Assembly: GCA_018659375.1 (NCBI GenBank)
Contig: JABJMO010000009.1
Coordinates: 36,320 to 100,319, forward strand
Length of the DNA: 64,000 nucleotides
Reading direction: 5' to 3'
Source: Methanobacteriota archaeon
GTDB taxonomy: Archaea; Thermoplasmatota; Poseidoniia; Poseidoniales; Poseidoniaceae
Numbering within the stretch: position 1 is the first letter of the stretch; each line of letters opens with the position of its first letter. Shown here piece after piece: positions 1 to 8,597 of this stretch. A program made the position numbers and the translations under genes. A model generated the notes under the pieces. It searched no databases. It was not told the DNA's origin and saw nothing but the letters and a program-made list of their open reading frames with translations.

Positions 1-155
1 ATTAGCAGCAGGACTTGCAGCACCAGCGACATTTTGAGCATCCTGTCTCCTTTTCTCTTTTGCCCGTTCTGCTTGGCGTCGATTCCTCTCAGCAACTGCA
101 TTTGGTGCAAATGGGTTAAACGGGACATCCTTTCTACGCCTGTTACGACCATTCA
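1..155 (-). CDS. hypothetical basic protein, N-terminal fragment; the gene continues beyond the window start
   Basis: Minus-strand ATG at 153-155, open to the window edge. Translation is MNGRNRRRKDVPFNPFAPNAVAERNRRQAERAKEKRRQDAQ..., very basic. Not in the ORF track because it is truncated. Confidence 0.3.
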
Positions 156-210
156 TTGAATTTCCCTCATAATGGCCTCACAATAAGCCTCTTAAAACCA
201 TTGGCTACGA

Positions 211-1215
211 CTAAGCCCAAATAATTGGTGTCTGGTCAGTGCGCAGGTATTGATCAATGGCACTAGATTCAAACTCAGTAATCCTTCCTGCCCCAAGTTC
301 TAGCCATCCTAACATAGCAATCATAGTACCATTATCGATGCAGTACATTTTAGGTGGAGCAAAGGATAATGATTCTCTCTCAATGCACATTAAAGCACAC
401 ATTGTCCGCAATCTATCATTGCAAGCAACTCCGCCACCAAGTAACAATTCCGACTTTCCAGTATGAGCTAGCGCTCTTTCCGCTACCTCTACGCAAGCTG
501 AAAATACATGTTCTTGGAGACTCCAACATACCGCTTCTAATGGTTTGCCATTTTCCACTAGACGTAATGCGGCAGTAAGAACACCTGAGAATGCTAAATC
601 CATACCGCGCACGGCATATGGTAACTCTAAACCTTCCATGTTACATTCAGGATTTTCTGATAGCCAATTCGCTGCTAGTTTTTCTATCACCGGACCACCA
701 GGGAATGGTATCCCTTGAGCACGAGCAAATTTATCCAGCATGTTACCTATTCCTATATCGAGTGTTTCCCCTAACACTCTGTATTTTCCTTCCAATCTTG
801 CAATGACTTGGGTATTACCCCCTGATACATAAAGCAAGACTGGGTCATCACATCCACATTGTTGACGTCCAATTTCAATGTGGGCAACACAATGATTTAC
901 TCCAATTAATGGAGTGTTCAATTTGGCCGATAAACCCCTAGCAATAGCGGCACCGATGCGAAGACAAGGACCTAAACCGGGTCCTTGGGAATATGATACA
1001 GCAGAAATATCTTCTGTTGATAACTGATTGTTGTGTAGGAGATTTTTTAGCAGTTCAGCGGCACAATCTTTGTGATGGTCTGCAGCTTCTCTTGGGTGTA
1101 TGCCGCCTTTTACAGGCCTGATGGTAGCTGATGAGGACGGGAAGGGTATGCCATTTTCATCGACTAAACCAAACGACAATGTGTGGGCTGTTGACTCAAT
1201 TCCAAGTGTCCACAT
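211..1215 (-). CDS. kae1: tRNA N6-adenosine threonylcarbamoyltransferase Kae1/TsaD (t6A synthesis)
   Basis: 334 aa. N-terminus LGIESTAH. Metal-binding His pair HCVAH (HxxxH). C-terminal GGVACN motif. Overall ASKHA-fold Kae1 pattern. Confidence 0.85.
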   Translation of the reverse strand: MWTLGIESTAHTLSFGLVDENGIPFPSSSATIRPVKGGIHPREAADHHKDCAAELLKNLLHNNQLSTEDISAVSYSQGPGLGPCLRIGAAIARGLSAKLNTPLIGVNHCVAHIEIGRQQCGCDDPVLLYVSGGNTQVIARLEGKYRVLGETLDIGIGNMLDKFARAQGIPFPGGPVIEKLAANWLSENPECNMEGLELPYAVRGMDLAFSGVLTAALRLVENGKPLEAVCWSLQEHVFSACVEVAERALAHTGKSELLLGGGVACNDRLRTMCALMCIERESLSFAPPKMYCIDNGTMIAMLGWLELGAGRITEFESSAIDQYLRTDQTPIIWA

Positions 1216-1278
1216 GCTATCTCTCCAAACTCACCCACCAAGCCATTATTCTTGAACCCTCACCTACTGGAGTGATTT

Positions 1279-2541
1279 ATGAGGACCGTTCTAATCAATT
1301 GTGGACCAATAGTCCATGTCGATTCTAATGTTCCACTAACAGGCCAAGATATGCTGGATGATAAATGGATTTTTGCCAAAGGAAAAGCAATTGTTATAGA
1401 TGAATTGCAAATAAAAGATATCGATGATTCAGAAGAGATTCTTGACGATTATCAATCTCATGATTCCCGTGAAGTAACTATCATAGATGTTGATGGAAAC
1501 GCGATAATACCTGGATTAATCGATTCGCATACTCACATGGTTTGGGGTGGTGATCGCTCTCGTGAAGTAAGGTGGAAACAACAGGGGAATACCTATGCTG
1601 ACATAGCAAATATGGGTGGTGGCATAGTCTCTACGGTTAACTCAACAAGATCACTACGTGAATCCGATTTATTCTCTATCGCCAAACAAAGAATGATGCA
1701 GGCTTTAAAGAATGGAACCACACATATTGAAACTAAATCTGGTTATGGCTTGGATACTAAAACCGAGCTGAAATTGCTAAGAGTCGCTAAGCAGTTACGT
1801 GATGATAAAGACACTCCATCCGTCGATTCAACATGGTTAGGAGCGCATGCCATACCCGATAATCATACACTAGATAGTTACACTGAAGAACTAATAACAC
1901 AACAATTGCCAATTGTGGCTGAAGCACAATTAGCCCGTTCTGCCGATGTTTTTTGCGAACCTGGTTGGTTTGGTATCGATGAGTCAGAACAGATACTCGA
2001 AGCAGCAAAATCTTATGGCATGAATCTGAGAATGCATATCGACGAATTTTCTGATGGAAGTGGCGGGGAACTAGCAGCGAAACTCCGAGTAGATACCGCA
2101 GACCACGCACACTATACTAACGAGGAGAACCGTGATAAAATGACCAAAGCAGAAGTTAGCACTGGATTTTTACCAGGTACTCCTTATTCAATGGGTACAG
2201 ATTGGCCTGATTTCAATTCAATGATCGAAAACAACCACTTATGGACAATAGCTACGGACTTCAATCCAAATAATCAAATTTTAAGCATGCCGCTTGTTGC
2301 TTCTTGTATAGTACAGAGATGCAGAGTTGACCCATTGGCTGCCCTAATTGCTTCAACAGTTAATCCTTCATTTACCACTCCGCATCCAACGGCTATGCGG
2401 CATGGAGTTATTGCTACAGGAGCAGTGGCAAACTTGAATATTCTAAATTCAAAACATTGGGAGTCTTGGTGTTTGACCCCTGGCCATTCGCCAGTTTCTG
2501 CCAACATACTGAATGGACAATACAACAATTATGAATATTAA
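1279..2541 (+). CDS. hutI: imidazolonepropionase (histidine utilisation)
   Basis: 420 aa amidohydrolase with the IDSHTHMVWGGDR metal-binding motif characteristic of HutI. Real ATG at 1279. Confidence 0.8.
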   Translation: MRTVLINCGPIVHVDSNVPLTGQDMLDDKWIFAKGKAIVIDELQIKDIDDSEEILDDYQSHDSREVTIIDVDGNAIIPGLIDSHTHMVWGGDRSREVRWKQQGNTYADIANMGGGIVSTVNSTRSLRESDLFSIAKQRMMQALKNGTTHIETKSGYGLDTKTELKLLRVAKQLRDDKDTPSVDSTWLGAHAIPDNHTLDSYTEELITQQLPIVAEAQLARSADVFCEPGWFGIDESEQILEAAKSYGMNLRMHIDEFSDGSGGELAAKLRVDTADHAHYTNEENRDKMTKAEVSTGFLPGTPYSMGTDWPDFNSMIENNHLWTIATDFNPNNQILSMPLVASCIVQRCRVDPLAALIASTVNPSFTTPHPTAMRHGVIATGAVANLNILNSKHWESWCLTPGHSPVSANILNGQYNNYEY

Positions 2542-2604
2542 TTAAATGCTTTCAAATAGGCAACAAATGCAAATACTCCAACAAAAAAAGATTAGGTGAT
2601 TTTC

Positions 2605-2922
2605 ATGCAATATTTAGAAACAGTAGTATGTCAAGCAAAAGAAGGTAAAGAAGCTAGGTTTGAAAGAATGGTGAAATCTAGAGTTGAATTGGCTAAGCGA
2701 CAAAACGGATGCATCAATTCTTGGTATGGTAAATCTAGTAGTGATGAATTCTTATTTCTTATACAGACTCTTTATGAAAACTTAGAATCATTCCATATCG
2801 TGAAGAAAACCGTTGATAACACACTTGATCCAAAAGATGGTGGTCTAGAATCGTGTTTAGCAGGCCCACCTTTACTTGGTTTGTTTGAAGTAACTCCAGA
2901 CTCACTAAATATGTCAAAATAA
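2605..2922 (+). CDS. small ABM-domain (antibiotic-biosynthesis-monooxygenase-like) protein, hypothetical
   Basis: About 105 aa with a ferredoxin-like ABM/Dabb-type pattern. The track start at 2596 is GTG. The first ATG is at 2605 and is preceded by a GGTGA Shine-Dalgarno-like element. Confidence 0.4.
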   Translation: MQYLETVVCQAKEGKEARFERMVKSRVELAKRQNGCINSWYGKSSSDEFLFLIQTLYENLESFHIVKKTVDNTLDPKDGGLESCLAGPPLLGLFEVTPDSLNMSK

Positions 2923-2935
2923 CCATGCTAGTGGC

Positions 2936-2959
2936 GTCGTATAATCAATGTTATACGAC
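2936..2959 (+). terminator. perfect 9-bp inverted repeat (GTCGTATAA-tcaatg-TTATACGAC) 14 nt after the ABM gene stop; terminator-like hairpin or palindromic binding site
   Basis: Read directly from the sequence, followed by a T-containing tract. Function is inferred. Confidence 0.3.
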
Positions 2960-3186
2960 ATTTGCCAAATCTCTGAATTCTAAGCAACCTATATTATTGG
3001 CCGAAATGAGTCGCAGCAACCCATCTAGCTAGTCATATTAAAATAAATTAGTTCAAAGATATGCTATTTCAACCAATTTACCCCCCACTTGTAGTGGGAA
3101 AATGATAATTATGATGAATTAGTAATAGATTCAGATTCTCAATGGAATAATTCATAGTTATTCACTAACTGGAAATGTTGAGTCGA

Positions 3187-3339
3187 ATGTCTGAAGTATC
3201 TGGTTTTTGTTTGAAATGTAAAAATTATGGCCCAATAAGTAACGGGAAATTGATCAAGATGTCAAATGGCCGCACTAGGATGGCAGGTACATGTTCCAAA
3301 GAAGGGTGTACGGGAAAGATTTCTAAAATTGTAAGTTGA
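3187..3339 (+). CDS. 50-aa zinc-ribbon protein (CxxC...CxxxxC), DUF5679-like small archaeal protein; absent from the ORF track because it is under 60 aa
   Basis: ATG at 3187 to TGA at 3337-3339. Translation is MSEVSGFCLKCKNYGPISNGKLIKMSNGRTRMAGTCSKEGCTGKISKIVS. It resembles the roughly 50-aa multi-copy thaumarchaeal zinc-ribbon family. Confidence 0.55.
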   Translation: MSEVSGFCLKCKNYGPISNGKLIKMSNGRTRMAGTCSKEGCTGKISKIVS

Positions 3340-3355
3340 AATTAAACCGATGCGA

Positions 3356-3362
3356 TTTAATA
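3356..3362 (+). promoter_or_regulatory. TATA-box-like TTTAATA centred about -28 relative to the tRNA-Val 5' end
   Basis: Spacing fits an archaeal TATA box relative to the mature tRNA start at 3387. Confidence 0.4.
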
Positions 3363-3386
3363 CACCGGTTTGTTCGGTTTGCTTGC

Positions 3387-3462
3387 GGGCTCGTGGTCTA
3401 GGGGTTATGACGTCGCCTTGACATGGCGAAGATCGAGAGTTCAATTCTCTCCGAGCCCACCA
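3387..3462 (+). tRNA. tRNA-Val (anticodon GAC) with genomically encoded 3' CCA
   Basis: 76-nt cloverleaf. Acceptor stem GGGCTCG/CGAGCCC. Anticodon stem TCGCC/GGCGA with loop TTGACAT, so the anticodon is GAC. T-arm GAGAG TTCAATT CTCTC. Discriminator A, then CCA. Confidence 0.85.
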
Positions 3463-3507
3463 ATGAAAAACATTTATCAAGTTATGCATAACTAAATATA
3501 TTATTCG

Positions 3508-3513
3508 TTTTTT
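3508..3513 (+). terminator. oligo-T tract (T6), archaeal-style terminator downstream of tRNA-Val and at the convergent end of the minus-strand operon
   Basis: cgTTTTTTggg lies between the tRNA 3' end and the stop of the 3534..3896 gene. Confidence 0.3.
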
Positions 3514-3533
3514 GGGAAGACAATAACTGTAAA

Positions 3534-3896
3534 TCATAACTCTTCCGGATTCGGAATTTTGCCGTCAGATAATTTTACCGGTGTCTTTTCCCCATCATCC
3601 GAAAATGAAAAGTCTGTAGAACCGCCGTCCCATTTTTTTACGTCTTCAGTTTGTTCAAAGGATTCTTCAATTATTTTCTGATTTGGCCCTATTGAATATG
3701 CCATAGGATTCACTATCTGTTCGATTACTTCACGCTGTTCAGCAGGCGGCACTTCTCTATTAACTAAGTGCGCGGTAGAATGGAATGCTCCACATCCAAC
3801 GCACCTAAAAGAACCAACATTATCGACACATCCGCATGATGGGCAAATAGCTTTACCGGCGAATAATCTCAAACTATCTTTAGACATTTCAATCAT
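3534..3896 (-). CDS. small zinc-ribbon protein (CPSCGC...CVGCG), hypothetical
   Basis: 120 aa with one C4 zinc-ribbon then an acidic tail. It overlaps the upstream EF-hand gene by 8 nt, suggesting an operon. Confidence 0.45.
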   Translation of the reverse strand: MIEMSKDSLRLFAGKAICPSCGCVDNVGSFRCVGCGAFHSTAHLVNREVPPAEQREVIEQIVNPMAYSIGPNQKIIEESFEQTEDVKKWDGGSTDFSFSDDGEKTPVKLSDGKIPNPEEL

Positions 3897-6084
3897 CTAG
3901 GAACATATCATCTTGGTAGCCAGTAACCAAGTCACCTGAGCCATCTTCTTCTATAGTTACTAAACCTTCTTCATCATCAAACTCGATGATTGTACCGAAC
4001 ACTTCTTCATCCTCTAATACCAATCCGATATATGATCCAATATCGATTCCATCTTCTTCCTCTTCTTCCAATTCTTCGGGTTTTTCATCATCTGGGGTTT
4101 CAGTTGCTTCAACTGAATCAGTTGCTTCATCGTCCGTACTGTCTTCTGTTTCATCTATCTCAGGCTCATTTTCATCTGCGATTGCCGTTTTAACTTCGCT
4201 TCTATCAGTTGAGTTATCTTTCATGGCGCGAGCTCGAGCCCTCCATCCAGGGACCATAGAAAGTTGCAAAAACAAACTACTCATCAAGCCTATGGTTCCT
4301 AGAACTATGAATAAAATACCATCCCAGTAAAATCCTGCTGGCATAGATATTTCTCCTCCTTCTGCTGCAAGTGGTGCTAATGAATTCTTACAACCGTCAA
4401 TTTGTATACTCTCGTCACATGGATAAGCATCACCATCAAAGTACGTTGTTCCATCAGCGGTAGTTGTTGCGCCAAATTCAGAATCCATTTCTACTATACC
4501 TCCTGTGCCGTCGACAAATGGTGCCAATGTGGCATTAACTGCCCACAAGATGATGAAGAAGACAAACGCTGAATGAACTAAAGGCCAAACAACATCTTTC
4601 CACTTCTTAGACATCATGCGTTTCTGCCACTTTGTTGGGAATTCCTTCTTGTCGGATAATGAGGCTGCATGATCGACTTCTTCGTCTTCGTGTTTTTCAA
4701 TGGTTCCAACAAACTCGATCATATCTACAAAACCGTCATCATCTTCGTCAAACATGTCCATCAATTCATCAATTAATTCAGGCGTTATATCGTCATCTAA
4801 TTCCTTGTGTAATGTCAGACTAAGCTCTTCTTTGCTAACTTTATTATCTCCATCAATATCTAAGCTATTGAACAGCGCAGAAGGGGTATAATCTGCTTCA
4901 TCCATGTAATTGATTAGCAATTGGAATCCTGAATTAGATTCTTCTACTAAATCAGATTCCATATCAATGTCCATCGATTCTATAATTTCAATTAGTTCAA
5001 AAGCATCAATTCTACCATTGGAATCTTCATCAATTAGTGATATGATCTCAAAAACCTCTGAAGGTGAAAGGGAGTCACCGCAGATTTCGACAATGCCTTT
5101 CTGTAACTCAGGACCAGTAATCATGCCGTCCTCATCGCTATCAATCGATTCAAACATAGACCTAATTGTCATGTCTAACCCGGCAGCTGTTAAGACTAGT
5201 TTGTTAAGATTTTCAAGAGCAGAATCTGGATTCACTTCTTCGATGATTTCCTCAGTCTCTGAACTTTCTTGCTCTATAATTTCCTCTTCATCTTCTTCTA
5301 AATCTATAGTAGGTTCATTGGTAGAATCATTATCTTCAGATAATTGTTCCTCGCCTGTGTCATCCTCGACAACTTCTTCACTTTCTGAAGTTGACTGAGA
5401 TATCTGTTTTGCGTAATCGATTGCTGCCTTTTTGATTTCTGATTCTGTAAGATAATCATTATTATTTGCATCATAGGATTGTGCAAATTCCAAAAATTCG
5501 GATTTATTTTCGATAGCATATTTCTCAACAATTCTATCTAATACATTTTCAGAATAATCTTTAGCAGTTTCATTGGATTCCAAGACTTCTTTTGATGTTG
5601 GTTCACTGAAGGGTTTTTGCTCTCCTGTAATTGAAAAGACTAGTTCTTCTAGGCTAATAACTCCATCTGAGTCAGTGTCAACTTCGTTAATCAAACGATC
5701 TACTTGAGAAGGTGGCAAATCAGCCAAATTCATTTTCAGTAAACCTTTACGTAATTCCTCAGCGTCTATTGAACCATCTGAATCAGAGTCGAACTTTTCA
5801 AACAGTTTTTGTGCTTCTATGCCCGTATTATTAAACCAATCACGTAGAACATCTAATACATCATCTGCTACAAAATATACACCACAATCCGGACACATCT
5901 TAGAATCTATTGGGACTAATGAATTGCAAGCACCACATTCTCCTAGAGATGCTTCTGAAACTCCTGATATCTTGATACCGCATTCACTACATTCTTTTGA
6001 ATCAAGAGGGATTATTGCCCTGCATGAACCACATTCAGCCATTGGAGTTTCTTTTTCTGCACCGTCGGACATTGTCACACCCAT
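3889..6084 (-). CDS. large acidic membrane protein with two N-terminal zinc ribbons, six canonical EF-hand Ca2+-binding loops, two TM helices and a poly-acidic C-tail
   Basis: Six 12-residue loops fit D-x-D-x-D-G-x-I-x-x-x-E (DSDSDGSIDAEE, DTDSDGVISLEE, DSDEDGMITGPE, DEDSNGRIDAFE, DIDGDNKVSKEE, DEDDDGFVDMIE). CxxC-x9-CxxCG appears twice at the N-terminus. Hydrophobic helices are VVWPLVHSAFVFFIILWAV and ILFIVLGTIGLMSSLFLQL. The track start is 6135. The more likely start is ATG 6082-6084 (MGVTMSD) or 6070-6072 (MSDGAEK), leaving room for divergent promoters. Confidence 0.6.
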   Translation of the reverse strand: MGVTMSDGAEKETPMAECGSCRAIIPLDSKECSECGIKISGVSEASLGECGACNSLVPIDSKMCPDCGVYFVADDVLDVLRDWFNNTGIEAQKLFEKFDSDSDGSIDAEELRKGLLKMNLADLPPSQVDRLINEVDTDSDGVISLEELVFSITGEQKPFSEPTSKEVLESNETAKDYSENVLDRIVEKYAIENKSEFLEFAQSYDANNNDYLTESEIKKAAIDYAKQISQSTSESEEVVEDDTGEEQLSEDNDSTNEPTIDLEEDEEEIIEQESSETEEIIEEVNPDSALENLNKLVLTAAGLDMTIRSMFESIDSDEDGMITGPELQKGIVEICGDSLSPSEVFEIISLIDEDSNGRIDAFELIEIIESMDIDMESDLVEESNSGFQLLINYMDEADYTPSALFNSLDIDGDNKVSKEELSLTLHKELDDDITPELIDELMDMFDEDDDGFVDMIEFVGTIEKHEDEEVDHAASLSDKKEFPTKWQKRMMSKKWKDVVWPLVHSAFVFFIILWAVNATLAPFVDGTGGIVEMDSEFGATTTADGTTYFDGDAYPCDESIQIDGCKNSLAPLAAEGGEISMPAGFYWDGILFIVLGTIGLMSSLFLQLSMVPGWRARARAMKDNSTDRSEVKTAIADENEPEIDETEDSTDDEATDSVEATETPDDEKPEELEEEEEDGIDIGSYIGLVLEDEEVFGTIIEFDDEEGLVTIEEDGSGDLVTGYQDDMFLDD

Positions 6085-6102
6085 TTGCCGGATTACTACC
6101 CA

Positions 6103-6110
6103 TGATATAA
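6103..6110 (-). promoter_or_regulatory. TATA-like element (minus-strand TTATATCA) about 20-35 nt upstream of the candidate starts of the EF-hand protein gene
   Basis: AT-rich divergent intergenic region. Spacing is consistent with a leaderless transcript. Confidence 0.3.
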
Positions 6111-6138
6111 TGATTAACGGGTAATTTATGCTCAAATG

Positions 6139-6146
6139 TATATATG
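6139..6146 (+). promoter_or_regulatory. TATA box-like TATATATG about 27-34 nt upstream of ATG 6173
   Basis: Fits an archaeal TATA at about -27/-30 of a leaderless mRNA for the 6173..7057 gene. Confidence 0.35.
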
Positions 6147-6172
6147 ACTAGCCTTATTGGTTATTGAGTCTC

Positions 6173-7057
6173 ATGTTACAGGTCGGCGGCAATCGCGCAT
6201 ATCTTTATGAAACTCAAACATATTCTGAACTGTTTTCAGATATCGAGTTTATGATTGAGAAAAATCCTGAGAGTAAATTCACACTAATAACTAGAATACC
6301 ATCTAGGCGTTTGCTAGAGCAGCTTGATCTTAATGGTTTAGACACGTATTGGATGACTGAGAGTAATGGTAGTAATTCGGTAAAGCCATCAATATCATCG
6401 ATATTGGCAATTATGGAACAGAATATGGATAAATCTAACGAACAAGTAATAGTAATAGAGGGGTTAGAATTTGTTGGCGATAAGATTGGTTCAAACCAAC
6501 TTTTATCTGAAATAACTATGCTTGTAGATAAATTATCTATCTATAATTATTCATGTATTTTATGCTTAGATTTATTGGCAATGCCGGCAAAAATAGCGAC
6601 TAAGATAAAATATATCTTAGATTACCTTGAGCTGTCAGATGAAACAACTAGTTCAACAATATATGAGGAAGAAGATGACATTAAACCAAGTATTTCTCCT
6701 GGTGAAAAAATGGAATATGAACTGGGCAAAGATGGCAACCCGCGATTAGTATATTTGTCTAAATTACCGCGTATTGGATTTTCCAACAACATACTAGTCA
6801 AGCGAATATTACAATGGCGACGGATGGGCTTAGATGTATCTGAAATAGAACCTGCGTTGAATTATCAAGAAGATAAAGCATATCAGTTATACAAGTCTGT
6901 AGAAGAAAAGGTTAGACGGGCAGTTGACCTAGACCGCTTTATTAATTCCAATTCTAGTTCGATTAGTGCGTCAGATTTAGCGACCGACATTTTTAGTCTG
7001 AGGCAGTTAACAAGTCTAGAACAACTAGAAAAGAAATACTATCAATCAACGGATTAG
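6173..7057 (+). CDS. DUF835-like domain protein (N-terminal roughly 150 aa) with a C-terminal extension; hypothetical
   Basis: Has the motif pattern ...TRIPSRRL...VIVIEGLEFV...LCLD seen in archaeal DUF835 proteins. The track start at 6164 is TTG. The first ATG is 6173 (MLQVGGN). Confidence 0.4.
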   Translation: MLQVGGNRAYLYETQTYSELFSDIEFMIEKNPESKFTLITRIPSRRLLEQLDLNGLDTYWMTESNGSNSVKPSISSILAIMEQNMDKSNEQVIVIEGLEFVGDKIGSNQLLSEITMLVDKLSIYNYSCILCLDLLAMPAKIATKIKYILDYLELSDETTSSTIYEEEDDIKPSISPGEKMEYELGKDGNPRLVYLSKLPRIGFSNNILVKRILQWRRMGLDVSEIEPALNYQEDKAYQLYKSVEEKVRRAVDLDRFINSNSSSISASDLATDIFSLRQLTSLEQLEKKYYQSTD

Positions 7058-8593
7058 GCGCTCGTTTTCAGCTTCAATCCGAGATAGCCAGGCCCCGTCT
7101 CGCAATATTTTAGCAATAGATAGTAATTCATCACTAGTTGAACGATCTTTTGTTAGTTTCGGAGAGATAGTACGTACTAACTTATGCAGTGATTTGACAA
7201 TGGGTGCCGGAGCTAAGGTATTATGTTCAAGTGCTTGACATGCAATCATTAATTCACATGCTAGAACTTCTGATAGTCTAATAGATGATTGATAAAGGTT
7301 CCAACATGCTGTTGCACCCATGCTCACATGGTCTTCTTGTCCTGCAGATGTACTAGTGGAAAATGAGGTACGCGGAGCGGCGTGGCCATGCATCTCCGAA
7401 AGGGATGAGCCGGCACTGTATTGTACAATCATCATACCTGATTCCAAACCACTATTAGTGGCTAAAAATGGTGGTAAACCGCTCTTTTTGGAATCGAGCA
7501 ATTGATCCATACGCCGCTCTGATATTGAACCTAATTCAAATAATGCTAGTGACATTCGATCTGCACAAAGTGCTAAGATTTCCCCATGGAAATTACCTTG
7601 CGAGATGATAGTTGCTTGATAATCGGTAGTTTCAGGAAATACTAATGGGTTATCAGTCGTGCTATTAAGTTCAACTTGGATAGTTTCTCTCATGCTGATT
7701 AAGGCTTCATATACTGCCCCATGTACTTGTGGTGCGCATCTAAACGAGTATGGGTCTTGAACCTTCGAGCAATTTTTGTGGCCAGATAAGATTTCCGAAT
7801 CCTGCATTATTTGTCTTATCCTAGATGAAACCAATACTTGGCCAGGATGCGGTCTTGCGGCATGCACGCGTGCATCAGCCGGACTAATACTGCCTTGAAA
7901 TGCTTCAAGGGAGGTACAATAAATTACATCGGATATCGTCAATAGATTATTAAGAATTTGAAGAGATAGAATCGAGTAACTAAGCATTTGGCTAGTCCCA
8001 TTAATTAGGGACAAACCATCTTTCGCAGATAATTCCACGGGGATTAAGCCTTTTTCTAATAACATATCTTTAGTTGGAATTCTATCTCCATTATCGTTGA
8101 CGACTGAACCTTCACCAATTAATGTGATAGCCATGTGTGAGAGAGGTGCTAAATCACCACTTGCCCCCAAACTACCTATGCGTGGAATATATGGCGTCAC
8201 ATCATGGTTGACATAATCGATTAATTGCTGAACTACATTAGGATGGACCCCTGAAAAACCTTTGGCAAATGAATTAATTCTGGCGACCATCATTATTTTC
8301 ACGGCCGATCTAGACATTGGTTCTCCCAAACCAGTAGCATGAGACCTTATCAGATTTATTTGTAAATCTTGTAACTTTTCACTCGAAATATTAGTATCTA
8401 CTAATGAACCAAAGCCTGTATTTATGCCATAAACTACTTCGCCAGACTGCAATATGTCTTCTACTACTTTTCGAGATTTGACAATCCGATTCCAAGAATC
8501 ATCTGATAAATTAATTTCTAGACTATCTGTTGCGACTGCATATACTTCAGCTGGCGATAATGTATTACCATCTAATTGTATAACCGACGCCAT
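7046..8593 (-). CDS. hutH: histidine ammonia-lyase
   Basis: 515 aa. MIO-forming Ala-Ser-Gly triad within GSLGASGDLAPLSH. Aromatic amino-acid lyase family. Confidence 0.85.
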   Translation of the reverse strand: MASVIQLDGNTLSPAEVYAVATDSLEINLSDDSWNRIVKSRKVVEDILQSGEVVYGINTGFGSLVDTNISSEKLQDLQINLIRSHATGLGEPMSRSAVKIMMVARINSFAKGFSGVHPNVVQQLIDYVNHDVTPYIPRIGSLGASGDLAPLSHMAITLIGEGSVVNDNGDRIPTKDMLLEKGLIPVELSAKDGLSLINGTSQMLSYSILSLQILNNLLTISDVIYCTSLEAFQGSISPADARVHAARPHPGQVLVSSRIRQIMQDSEILSGHKNCSKVQDPYSFRCAPQVHGAVYEALISMRETIQVELNSTTDNPLVFPETTDYQATIISQGNFHGEILALCADRMSLALFELGSISERRMDQLLDSKKSGLPPFLATNSGLESGMMIVQYSAGSSLSEMHGHAAPRTSFSTSTSAGQEDHVSMGATACWNLYQSSIRLSEVLACELMIACQALEHNTLAPAPIVKSLHKLVRTISPKLTKDRSTSDELLSIAKILRDGAWLSRIEAENERLIR

Positions 8594-8597
8594 TAAA

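Noticed and set aside
1787-2528. Minus-strand ORFs 1787..2110 and 2274..2528 inside hutI
   Set aside because: They are embedded antisense in a conserved amidohydrolase gene and have no recognisable features.
3262-3537. 91-aa minus-strand ORF from the track
   Set aside because: It completely overlaps the well-formed tRNA-Val gene and its promoter and has no motifs. It is a spurious antisense ORF.
3986-5398. Several plus-strand ORFs (3986..4330, 3990..4193, 4632..4823, 4700..4891, 4910..5398) that are Ser/Ile-rich
   Set aside because: They are antisense to the GAA/GAT-rich coding sequence of the acidic EF-hand protein. The Ser/Ile-rich translations are the expected mirror of Asp/Glu codons and not genes.
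3463-7100. Possible integrated element at the tRNA-Val 3' end (searched for an att-like direct repeat of the tRNA 3' segment)
   Set aside because: Only a weak partial match (ttcaat..ccgag near 7060-7075) was seen. There is no integrase, recombinase or other mobile-element gene. This is kept only as a low-interest finding.
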